A program made the translations under genes and the position numbers. From assembly GCF_001194135.2 (NCBI RefSeq), contig NC_068985.1, positions 73,635,128-73,699,127 of the forward strand: a DNA stretch of 64,000 nt. Direction: 5' to 3'. The DNA comes from Octopus bimaculoides (lineage: Eukaryota). Numbering within the stretch: position 1 is the stretch's first letter; the number at the start of each line of letters is the position of its first letter. Under the pieces are notes generated by a model. That model saw nothing but the letters and a program-made list of their open reading frames with translations. It had not been told where the DNA came from and did no database searches. Positions 1 to 10,787 of the stretch are shown piece after piece.

Positions 1-149
1 AATTCATGTTCGCATTTACTATTTATTTCTAGTTTATAACAATATCTATTTATTCTTTCACTCAAATTTTGTATTAAGAAATATAATCTGAAACAACGAA
101 ATGTTTGAATTTCATCAATTGAAAAAACATTCAAAAAAGTTTACAATAT

Positions 150-322
150 AGGCGTAGGAGTGGTGATGCGGTAAGTAGCTTGCTTACCAACCACATGGTT
201 CCGGGTGGAGTCCCACTGCATGGCATCTTGGGCAACTGTCTTAGACTATAGCCTCGCGCCGACCAAAGCCTTGTGAGTGGATTTGGTAGACGGAAACTGA
301 AAGAAGCCCGTCGTATATACGT
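150..322 (+). mobile_element. tRNA-derived SINE family A, 5' half (interrupted by insertion)
   Basis: AGGCGTAGGAGTGG...GGTAAGTAGCTTGCTTACCAACCACATGGTTCCGGG...GAAAGAAGCCCGTCGTATA is colinear with the complete copy at 53078-53475 (minus) and with 10571-10734. Confidence 0.85.
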
Positions 323-1253
323 AGGAGGAATTGCAACCATGTTTCGTGGTCTGCTACCACAACAGCTCCTTTATAGGATCCAGTTAGCTCAAGACATCAT
401 CAGGAGGAACCACGTCCGGTTTCGGCCCCTACTCCTCTACCGTTTTGACGTGGCGGGGCCCCTCCTTTCGGAAGTGTCTTCAGTTTTGGTGTTGGGTGCA
501 TGTCTTCTTTCTGCTATTCCCTGGCCTCTTCGATGCAGCATCAACCAGTGTCAGCGTCCGACTGAAGGGCATGTCAAGTTCCCCTTTTNNNNNNNNNNNN
601 NNNNNNNNNNNNNNNNNNNNNCTGCTAGGCTCCAGCAGGCAGCCCCAGCTAGTTGTCACGTGACACTGTCTAAATTTCCCGCTGCTAGGGTCCAGTAGGC
701 AGCACCAGCAAGTTGTCACATGACACTGTCTAAACCTCCCGCTGCTAGGCTCCAGCAAGTAGCCCCAACAAGTTGTCACATGACACTGTCTGAACTTTAA
801 CTGACAATGGAGGGCGCGAAGCCACTTCAGTGTCAGCCTGTCTCACCTAGACATGTTATGACTTTCAAGCCATATTCGGTCTTCCCGCTTCAGCCATATA
901 TAGAAGCTGGCTTTTTCGACCGCCTCCTGTATCCTTCGTATCATTTTTGTCCTTTCAATTTGGTGGTCATTCTTGATACCTCGTTGTCGAATTTTTTATA
1001 ACTTGCTGCGTCATTTGCTTTCGGCCACTTAATCTTTGTCTTCTTCACGCCTATCACTGTTTGTGACTGTTCTAATTCAACTGTGGAATGTCCCTCGCTG
1101 TGGTTATTTTCCCGGAGGTTCTGGCCACACGTCTTACGGTTCATCAACCCGCGCTGTTGAATTACTTTCTTCTGACATACCTTCCCTTGGTGGATTCTGA
1201 GCCCGATGTAACTAGCAAACACCTTTCCGCAGCAGCTGAATTCCTCGTCTACC
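323..1253 (-). mobile_element. HERO-like (RLE-type) non-LTR retrotransposon derivative, internally deleted
   Basis: Minus strand encodes the zinc finger CCGKVFASYIGLRIHQGKVC and KIKWPKAND..KFDNEV (N-terminal region), joined at about 945 to MIRRIQEAVEKASFYIWLKREDRIW-stop (C-terminal motif), then a GC-richer 3' UTR. No RT or endonuclease lies between. Family assignment is from recalled motifs. Confidence 0.72.
622..791. repeat. 60-bp tandem repeat, about 2.8 copies (may extend into the gap at 589-621)
   Basis: Unit CTGCTAGGCTCCAGCAGGCAGCCCCAGCTAGTTGTCACGTGACACTGTCTAAATTTCCCG starts at 622, 682 and 742. Confidence 0.95.
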
Positions 1254-1475
1254 ACGTGTCTGTGTTTGTCACCCTAGCATTGCTTGACAACCAATGCTGG
1301 TGTGTTTATGTCCCCGTCACCTAGCGGTTCGGCATAAGAGACCGATAGAATAAGTACTAGGCTTCCAAAGAATAAGTCCCGGGATCCTGGGGTCGATTTG
1401 CTCGACTAAAGGAGGTGCTCCAGCATGGCCGCAGTCAAATGACTGAAACAAGTAAAAGAGTAAAAGAATAAAGAG
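1254..1475 (+). mobile_element. SINE family A, 3' half
   Basis: GTGTCTGTGTTTGTC...TTGCTTGACAACC...GACCGATAGAATAAGTACTAGGC...GGTGCTCCAGCATGGCCGCAGTCAAATGACTGAAACAAGTAAAAGAG matches the 3' half of the complete copy at 53078-53475. Confidence 0.85.
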
Positions 1476-2240
1476 TAATATATACATTTCTATAGAAACA
1501 AAATGTGCGTATATGTAGAGTTACGTTTGTCTGTGACTCGTAAGGTGTTCTTACGAAGACATTTGAGGGCATATTACTGAAGTTGGCAACCTTTAGAAGG
1601 TTTTAAATATCTTTCTATTCTTGCATGAAAATCTAAAATTATAGGTTCAATTTAAAAAAAAAGTACTCTTAATACTGTTAAAATCCTTGTTAAGAATGCA
1701 GTACAGCATGGTTATTTGATTGCTCCCACATCTTGGCTTTATTTTCAGTATAGTATGAAAACTGATTTGCCGATAAACAACACTCACTTTTACACAAACT
1801 TACAATATGAAGACCGCTGCGTACTATAGAAAGATTTTTACCTACATATTGGCATTTTCTATGTTGTATGTGACAATTGTAGATTACCAAATATTTTTAA
1901 AAAAGAATTGTGATGTATCAGCCGAGTACCTGGAATATAATAGTACCCATGCACCATATATCTGAAGAGAATACAATTCTTAGACATATTTATATAACAT
2001 ACTAGCAGCTAAGCCCGGTTACACTCGGTCAGAGAACGACGCGAAGAGAGAAACGAGGACACAAAAAAGAGGAAGAAGTGGATACGAAGTGGTGTTTGGG
2101 CGACGGATCTTGGTAGAAAAAAAAAAGAATGCCATGGTGAGTTAGTAAGGAGAGCAAAGGAAGACTGGACTTACGTTGGCTGGCAGGACGATGAAAAAAT
2201 TGCGGAGTTGAAATTGGAGCAGTTGAAGTTGCCGTTGTTA

Positions 2241-2670
2241 TCATTGGAGTGCCTCTTGGTAGACAACATTCTTCGTCCTTCCCTCGGGTGCACAAATATA
2301 AAGACCATGGGGACAGCCAACGTACAGTTGTGCGTGTGAGAATACTTGCTCTGTCAGATTCAAACCAACCGCTTGCAGGGATTGTCCCAGCGCCTTGTTG
2401 ATTGTCATGGGAAAGCAGAGTTTGATGGGAAATTGCATCTGTTTAAACTTGTAGGTCGTATCGGAGTGGAGTGGGTAAGGGACATGGGAGTTATATGTAT
2501 GTCTTAGCCAGCGGCCGGTTCATTCAAGGTTGTTGCCTACTGAACTCGGGAGCACAATTTTTTGATAATCATCCGCGTACCATTGCACAATATTAGAGCA
2601 TCTAAATTCCTTAGCAGCATGACTGGCGCGGCAACTTTCAAATGCAGTTCGTGAGCTAGTAGTTGTGCAG
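2241..2670 (-). pseudogene. Helitron RepHel PIF1-like helicase, C-terminal remnant
   Basis: AHELHLKVAAPVMLLRNLD..LCNGTRMIIKKL and QFPIKLCFPMTINKALGQSL..VGLNL..QVFSHAQLYVG...GRTKNVVYQEALQ-stop, with internal stops and a frameshift. Confidence 0.9.
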
Positions 2671-3314
2671 GTCTACACTTTTGTCAGAATTTTCATGGGC
2701 CGGCCGGTCTATCTCAGATACATGGGAAGCTGGATTAAATTTTTCATCAACACAGGGGAGCCGAAATAAATTTTTTCAATGTCAAAAGGTTGAGAAATGC
2801 TGATCTATAACAATGGTTTTTATTTAGGGACATCGTAAAAGTAATTATAATGAATTGCCTAACATAAAGAAAAGTATGTTTTTTCAAGCAAATACAGTTA
2901 GAAAAAATATTTACAATTTCATGTCATCACTAAATACAAAGCTCATCAATTTTGGAATGAAATAATAATTTTATTCTTTTATTCTAAGTTGTAAATTTTG
3001 CCCGAGCAATAAAGCAAATAATCACCGAACGCATTGTTAAAAATCTGCAACTCGATAGCAAATATCTCCAAATTGATTAGAAATGCATAAATTTAATAAT
3101 AACAAATTTTTTGTGATTCCGGTTCGAATGACATGAGTGTTTTTGTTTCACTTTTGATACGTAATAATTAAATAGTGGTGGAGATATGATGTTACTGTGG
3201 GCTGGAAGTATGCAAGAAGTTAAAATTGTTTTGGACTAAAACACAACCGGGACCCTAAGTAAGGCATGTGTAAAATTTGAATGAAATTGGTTGTGTAATT
3301 CTGGAGTTTTAGGG

Positions 3315-3317
<3 letters not shown>

Positions 3318-3370
<53 letters not shown>

Positions 3371-3409
3371 GCGCACACACGCACACACAGAGACACACAG
3401 ACACACATA
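3318..3409. repeat. (CA)n microsatellite inside the Helitron
   Basis: Direct sequence. Confidence 0.95.
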
Positions 3410-3679
3410 CAGTCTCAATTTTTTATATATATAGATAACAGACATCTTTGGCATGTTGAGCATTTACACCAGCAGCGCTTTCAACACATTGTGAAGATCT
3501 ATTCCAACTAATTTGTACCATATGATGAAATGTTGATGTGAGTTACATTTGTCAATCGTAGCGGCGACATTAATGAAACGACTGCTTAATGATCACGTCC
3601 TCTAGTACTCCAGGTACAACATGGCGCATAACTTGTGAAAACTGTTGGATCAATTGTACAAAAGGATTCAAAGCAGTCT

Positions 3680-3760
3680 TTCAGATGCAAGATATGTGAT
3701 TATCCGTGTTTTTCAAAACCAAATTTAATTAGTTATGAACGGCGCAGTGATATGTTTCAT
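3680..3760 (+). pseudogene. Single degenerate C2H2-like zinc-finger motif
   Basis: FRCKICDYPCFSKPNLISYERR fits F-x-C-x2-C-x9-L-x2-(H), but the His position is Tyr (TAT) and the second His is absent. Surrounding frame has stops. Confidence 0.3.
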
Positions 3761-4864
3761 GTTGCTTTTCGATATTTTCTCGGGTAGATTTTGCAAGCGG
3801 TTTGTGTAGAAAAAAGGCGTTCTTCGGCAAATGTGTTAAATTATGCTTTCAAGACATATGAAACAGGCAATATTTCAATAATACTTCTACCACCCAAATT
3901 AAATATAATAGACACTGAAACAGCTTTTAGAATGTAAAAATCATGCGAACTCGGAATTAATTAAAGAAAACTATTCCAACAGCATTTCTTTTAGAATACA
4001 ACCGATCTAAACAGGTATAATTATTAGCAACAAATACAGCATCACCAACAGGTAAAAAAAACAAACAAGAATGGTTGCATTGATAACCCTAGTAACAACA
4101 AGAATAGTAGTCACAATACCGACAGTATCAACTCATCAGTTACCAGAAACTAAAAGCAAAACACCCAGTTGCCTTCATAATTAATGCAAATGGAGATTTG
4201 CTTAAGTAGTGGAAGACAACGCTGGCTTCAATCTGAGGGAATATGCCTGCTTAGCTAAGTTAGATTTAATCGTGTTACTCTGAAAAGAGGGAAAAATATT
4301 GAAGAACAATCACATATAAATGCATAAACAGTATCAACACTACAGTTGATAACTCAGCTCCAGTACAATAAGGAAGACGACTGAAAGATGTATATTGATC
4401 AATAATGCCATGCACGAAGATGAATGCAGTGTAGGATGTTAGTAATCCTCTGCCCGAAGGAAGATGAGACCATAAAGTATATTCACAAATGTGTGCTTCT
4501 CTCATATTTATTTAGTATATATATATATAGACTTAGAGACGATGTTTTTGGTGTTTACTTTTTGTTCATTACCTTTTAACCTGAAGATGTGTGAGGTAAA
4601 TTATATACTGGACTTGAATTTGACAGTTAATATAGCCTTATACAGAAATGTTGACGTAGGAATAAATTTCAATATTAATGGATATCAGCGTCAAAACTCT
4701 CTTTTAAATTTTAAATTTGATATATATANNNNNNNNNNNNNNNNNNNNNNNNNNNNNNNNNNNNNNNNNNNNNNNNNNNNNNNNNNNTGTGTGTGTGTGC
4801 GCGCGTATGTGTGTGTGTGTGTTTATGTGTGTGTGTGTGCGCGCGTATGTGTGTGCGTGTGTGT

Positions 4865-4896
<32 letters not shown>

Positions 4897-7791
4897 AAGT
4901 TTGCTCTAGGCAATATATACATAAAGTATGTTAGAATTACTTTGGAGGAGTACTTGAAGAATATTAATATGGAAGTACTCCACACCAAAAATCCGGTCTT
5001 AATGACGAGTCTGCAATGCATGCATCTCTCAATCTGGGTAGGGACGGTTTCCAACAGACTTGAGGTGCTTACACCTATTTGTCTACAGCGAGAATTCTTC
5101 TCCATGACAAAGTACAGTACATGACTTTCTCACAGGTTCGGATATGTATCAAGCACATTCGAACTGATAACAAGTTTATACTTGTATACATCACTGTTTA
5201 GCGCTTCTAATCTGTAAAATGAGATACATATAGTTGTTCTCTCGAGAAAATTAAATAAACATACCCGAACTTATTCACGCGCAGAATAATAAAACCTGGT
5301 AAGGTGATAGAAGGTAGGAAGGCCATGTTTTACTCTTGTGGTAGCACCAACCAGCACAAGGTGCTGTGTCCTATAACAAAACTCAGGTCATTTATTATCT
5401 TTATTACAAATAATTTTCCCTCTATTTTCTAATACACACAGTGCCTCTCACAGTGAAATGTAGAAATATACGTGGTCTGAGCGATAATAAAAGCAGACTT
5501 CGTGGGAGCATTATCCTACTTACTAGGGGCAAGAAATGGGATTCATATTACACGTTAAATTATGTACTGTTAACTCATGACACAAAGGAATATAAAACCC
5601 TCCAAGATCTCAGGCAATACTGCCGGATAGACACCAATGTATTTCCCGAATATGCCAGTGTAGACTTGGAATAATCGCAAGGGATCATTCACATCGCACC
5701 TAAATAATTCATTATGTTAACATAGTGCTAATTTGGGTGCCAGTCTTATAAGGCTGTCCGTTCTATATCCCAATACACCGAAAATGTACGCTTTGATATA
5801 ATTTTGCAGCGCGATTATTTCGGGCTGAGCGCCACCGCCAAGAAACCGAAAATTAAATATCAAAATTGCGTCTAGTATTGTCTTCTGACTGAAACTTCCA
5901 GAGGCGGACACATTGCAAAAGCCCACCAGTTGTGTGTCTGTGTGTGTTCGTACACCCAGACACGCTCAAACACACAACCGTTACCCACACTACGAATGTT
6001 TAATTGTATGACAAACTCTGAAGAACTTGTTCATTGAAGTAACCTCTGAGTCACTGAACATCCACTGCCATGATAACTTAGCGTAACTGGAGAGTGATTT
6101 CAGAGTACACAAGAGTATTTTCAAATGGAAAACACTGTCAATTTTTAAAACGTTCTATACAGATTCCGGGAATCCTATTTTAGTTGCAAGCATTGCATAT
6201 GTATACATAGGCTCATACATACACACACAAATGATATATGTATATATGTTTGTATGTATGTACATATATATATATGTATGTGTGTGTATGTGTGTATGTG
6301 TGTGTGTTTGTGCGTGTGTGTGTGTGTATGTGTGTGAGTTTGTGCGTGTGTGTGTGTATCTTTCTTTAACAAAGATCGCACAACTTTTGTAAACTAATTC
6401 TAATATCGAGCTGTGTGTCATCTTTGACGGCGCGGATGAGCTGCTTACTTTAGAAAGATTATCAGACTTACTTTTGCTAAAGAAAATAAGATTATCTAAT
6501 ATCCGACTCTTTCACTCCATGTATATATATATATATTTTTTTCGGATTTAAGGAACGAAACTCACGTAAAGTAAACCAAATTTACTTTTATAAGCTAAAT
6601 CTCAATGTGGTTGTTAGATTGAAAAGGGAAATAAAGACATATACAATAAAAAATTGTAATTGGAATCGAAAATAACAAAAGTAAGCGTATAAATAACAAT
6701 AGAAAGAAATCTTTCATGTACACCACAGATTTACAATGGAATACTTCCTAATTAATTAAAATGATACTTATAATCCATTAATAGACTTTCTTCAAGCCAA
6801 ACATCAATATCCAGAGTTGAGTAGCGTTGATAACTGTAATTAGTCTAAGGATTAATTACTTCATGCAAAGAAATCAATGTTTTTTAAAAATATAAATAAT
6901 ATGTGTGACTTATTTATGAGCGATGTCATTTTGTTTTCTACTTGCGAGAAATAAATGCGTTTAAACGAATCCTGAAGTAGAAATTAAATATCTTTTGTCC
7001 TGAGCCTTAGTGTTTGAATAAATGAAATAAAAATATCGTAGCTTTGATATATTCTTTCTCCCGGGGAGTGTCATCCAACTGCCATACAACTTTTATCGTG
7101 CTGTCGTAATATGAATCTAAATGCTTTCTTGTAAACACTCATGCATATGTGTGTATATAGGAGTTCAATGTGTATTTGCCTTGGGATCTGTTCAATTCCT
7201 ACTTCACGTTATTCAAACCGGTCAATAACTTGTGAAAAGGTTGTTCGGTTTCAGGAACGGAGTTTGAGAGATTTGTCTATGGATCAAGCCTCGTGATCAT
7301 ATGCGTTTATATATTTGTGTGTATAAATATTACTTGTGTCTGTGTGCATTTTTTGTACATGTACCTGATTTCCATATAATGTACAATTACGTAAATCGCG
7401 TTGATGCTCATCAGTATACGGCTCTATGCAAGATGTGTTATAAAACCTGATAATACTATGTCGTTCTTAAACAAGATCAGCACACAACTAGAGCCTTTAC
7501 GTTTGTTTCAAATGTTAAGCCTCACTATAATCGAGAATCACCACTGGGAAAACCTAATTCTTTACATACATAGAAACGCATACGAGAGAATGGCGTGTAT
7601 TTTCTGGACTAGAATATATTTCAGCTCAAAAAATTACTAGCATTCTATAAAATTTTGGTAAAGACAAGACTCTGGTATTCCGCTCACAGCTGAGAAAGTG
7701 CTTTTACTGTATACACACACATTGCTGATCATCTATCACATTACAGACAGATCACTCTGCTGATTGTCAGATATTCCATCTCAGACACATT

Positions 7792-8259
7792 TTAGCGCTT
7801 GCTCATAGCTAACTGTGCTCTATCTTTTCTATCGCTTCTTAAATGGAGTCGGTTCCCCGGAGTCGTCTGGCTTTGTGCCACCTCCATTCAGGCATACACA
7901 ATTCATTCACTGCTCCTATATTTATAATAGATGTTCTCAATCTTATAAGCCACAAACTTGCCACTATATCCATTCTTACCTCTCCAGAAGAAATACTTCT
8001 CGAACTCACGCTTCACCTTCCGAATTGAAGGGACTAATGCTATCCAGGTAAATTCCTGAGTCAACTCTTCATGTAAACGCCTGGCTAACTGGAAGTTAGC
8101 CAGGCTTTTACGTGGAAGATTAATGGTATCAATTATCAATTATTCCTCATCTTCAGAGGGCATGTTTAAGCCATTAGCTCTGCTTCTGCCTATTCCTCCT
8201 GGCCCACCAAGTAAAAACATATCAACAAGATCGTGGATGGTAAGTCCAGGATAACGACG
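7792..8259 (-). pseudogene. Unassigned decayed reading frame (probably of mobile-element origin)
   Basis: 156 codons in one frame with three internal stops: RRYPGLTIHDLVDMFLLGGPGGIG...ARRLHEELTQEFTWIALVPSIRKVKREFEKYFFWRGKNG... Confidence 0.3.
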
Positions 8260-9373
8260 GTTAAAAAAAAACAGAAAAAACTTCCCTTAAATAATAATGT
8301 TATTTAAAGCTACGTTTTGCATTTAAATCTTTCTGAGATTATTTATAGTTTTCCATTATTCCTGTGTCGATAAAATAAATACCAGTTCATCGTAGCAGTC
8401 GATTTAATCAACTATTTCATTTCTCAAACCATTTATGTTGGAAATTTATATTACATAAACACAGCAAAAATAATAACAGTAAGTTTCCCAATAGAGCAAT
8501 AAACATGCAGAGAACGCTTCTGCGAAGAAGCAATTGGGGGATTATTCATAGTTTTACGTGTCTGGTTGTCCTCGTACGCGCTGTGAGTGTGTATTTATAC
8601 GTGTTCTGATGACAAAGATTACATATAAACAAGAACAAAGACTAAAGAACTAGCAAGAGGTAGACTGATTGCAATGCAACAGAATTTGATGTTTGCGTGT
8701 TTAAAGAAATATATGCGACAGTGTATAACAGTGTCTGTGTCTCTTCTGCATGTTTACACACACACACATGCACACATACATACTTATATATATATNNNNN
8801 NNNNNNNNNNNNNNNNNNNNNNNNNNNNNNNNNNNNNNNNNNNNNNNNNNNNNNNNNNNNNNNNNNNNNNNNNNNNNNNNNNNNNNNNNNNNNNNNNNNN
8901 NNNNNNNNNNNNNNNNNNNNNNNNNNNNNNNNNNNNNNNNNNNNNNNNNNNNNNNNNNNNNNNNNNNNNNNNNNNNNNNNNNNNNNNNNNNNNNNNNNNN
9001 NNNNNNNNNNNNNNNNNNNNNNNNNNNNNNNNNNNNNNNNNNNNNNNNNNNNNNNNNNNNNNNNNNNNNNNNNNNNNNNNNNNNNNNNNNNNNNNNNNNN
9101 NNNNNNNNNNNNNNNNNNNNNNNNNNNNNNNNNNNNNNNNNNNNNNNNNNNNNNNNNNNNNNNNNNNNNNNNNNNNNNNNNNNNNNNNNNNNNNNNNNNN
9201 NNNNNNNNNNNNNNNNNNNNNNNNNNNNNNNNNNNNNNNNNNNNNNNNNNNNNNNNNNNNNNNNNNNNNNNNNNNNNNNNNNNNNNNNNNNNNNNNNNNN
9301 NNNNNNNNNNNNNNNNNNNNNNNNNNNNNNNNNNNNNNGAAGAAAAACAATGAAAACTAACCAGTCGAAGTTA

Positions 9374-9432
9374 ATCATAGACGCGTTTCTGGCTTAGGAG
9401 CGATAACACTCCATTTCCTTCATCGGTATGAT
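9374..9432 (-). ncRNA. Minimal type I hammerhead ribozyme-like motif (U4C variant)
   Basis: ATCATA-CCGATGA-A-GG.aaat.GGAGTG.ttat.CGCTCC.taag.CC-A-GAAAC-GC-GTC-TATGAT: 6-bp stem I, stem II hairpin, palindromic ACGCGT stem III. Confidence 0.55.
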
Positions 9433-9923
9433 ATTCTAGTTGTAAATTCGACGGTGCTAGCAAATTGTGCCTGCATGAACGAGTGAACATCATGCATCGG
9501 CACAACCTGAAAACACCTCCGAACCTACATAGGCCAGCCAGTCCACTATTCCTCCTCAAGAAATTACCATGTGCGTCACAAGCAATACCGCAGAAAATTT
9601 GCGGTTTACTATCAGGGAGTGAATAATTATTACAATTAAAAGGGTAAAGGTTTATCAATTTATTAATTTAGTAATAAATTAACAATTAATAATTTTTACC
9701 AAGCCCTTCCGTATGTAAACACCATTATCGGTGGAGAACTTATTTAAAAGTTCTTATACATTTATAAACATAATTAAGGGATCAGCAAACAGTTGCTATT
9801 TCTGAACTTCGGTATGTGGTGAAGCAACTGTTTGCTGACCCCTTAATTATGTTTATAAATGCATGATGTTCACTCGTTCATGCATGCACAATTTTCTAGC
9901 ACCGTCGAATTTAGAACTAGAAT

Positions 9924-9982
9924 ATCATACCGATGAAGGAAATGGAGTGTTATCGCTCCTAATCCAAAAACGCGTCTATGAT
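9924..9982 (+). ncRNA. Second copy of the hammerhead-like motif (also G12A)
   Basis: ATCATA-CCGATGA...CTCCTAATCC-AAAAAC-GC-GTC-TATGAT; inverted copy of 9374-9432. Confidence 0.45.
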
Positions 9983-10498
9983 TAACTTCGACTGGTTAGT
10001 TTTCATTGTTTTTTCTTCTTGTTTTGCCTTTGTGAGTTACAAGTAATGCTATCTGTTGGAGTCTCAGCTTTTTCGCTGCTATTTCTGAACTTCGGTATGT
10101 GGTGAAGCAACCGTTTGCTGATCCCTTAATTATGTTTATAAATGTATAAGATCTTTTAAATAAGTTCTCCACCGATAATGGTGTTTACATACCGAAGGGC
10201 TTGGTAAAAATTATTAATTGTTAATTTATTAATAAATTAATAAATTGATAAAGCTTTACCCTTTTAATTGTATATATATATNNNNNNNNNNNNNNNNNNN
10301 NNNNNNNNNNNNNNNNNNNNNNNNNNNNNNNNNNNNNNNNNNNNNNNNNNNNNNNNNNNNNNNNNNNNNNNNNNNNNNNNNNNNNNNNNNNNNNNNNNNN
10401 NNNNNNNNNNNNNNNNNNNNNNNNNNNNNNNNNNNNNNNNNNNNNNNNNNNNNNNNNNNNNNNNNNNNNNNNNNNNNNNNNNNNNNNNNNNNNNNNNN

Positions 10499-10570
<72 letters not shown>

Positions 10571-10571
<1 letters not shown>

Positions 10572-10734
10572 GACGGGATTTTTCCAGTTTCCGTATACCA
10601 AATCCACTCATAAGGTTTTGTTCGGCCCGAGGCTATAATAGAGGATACTTGCACGAGTTGTCACGCAGTGGCATTAAACCCAGGACCATGTGGTTGGTAA
10701 GCATGTTTCCTGCTACACAGCCACTCCTGCGCCT
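10571..10734 (-). mobile_element. SINE family A, 5' half
   Basis: Reverse complement reads AGGCGCAGGAGTGGCTGTGTAGCAGGAAACATGCTTACCAACCACATGG..., ending at the (TA)n(CA)n tract and gap. Confidence 0.85.
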
Positions 10735-10787
10735 ATATATTTAGGATTACTGCAATTATTAATTCAGATGGAAAAAGTAGAAGAAAA

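Larger units (their letters stand above)
2002..3435 (-). mobile_element. Non-autonomous Helitron with both termini
   Basis: Minus strand begins TCTATATATATAAAA at 3435 (preceded by A). It ends with a GC-rich subterminal segment (CCGAGTGTAACCGGG) then CTAG at 2005-2002 (followed by T). Contains a helicase remnant and (TG)n. Confidence 0.9.
9339..10272. mobile_element. Penelope-like/retrozyme-like terminal-repeat fragments in interleaved inverted arrangement
   Basis: 9339-9497 is the inverse of 9859-10018; 9631-9797 is the inverse of about 10103-10272; 9795-9861 is a direct repeat of 10078-10144. Hammerhead-like cores are present. The segment sits between two N-gaps. Confidence 0.55.

Noticed and set aside
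622-791. CRISPR-like array
   Set aside because: Whole 60-bp units repeat with no unique spacers; eukaryotic context; no cas genes.
1807-1965. 52-aa ORF with a signal-anchor-like segment (MKTAAYYRKIFTYILAFSMLYVTIV...)
   Set aside because: Short hydrophobic ORFs arise by chance in AT-rich DNA; no donor site or homology.
4200-4420. Minus-strand acceptor at 4279 and signal-peptide-like MALLINIHLSVVFLIVLELS
   Set aside because: Weak donor; every spliced product I tried stops within about 30 codons.
5441-5674. TVKCRNIRGLSD as the start of an APE endonuclease
   Set aside because: Single short motif; downstream APE motifs are not visible.
8674-9397. Long ORFs spanning N-runs (also 10221-10654, 38249-38920, 41331-41738, 50986-51873)
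   Set aside because: Open only because of assembly gaps and flanking dinucleotide repeats.
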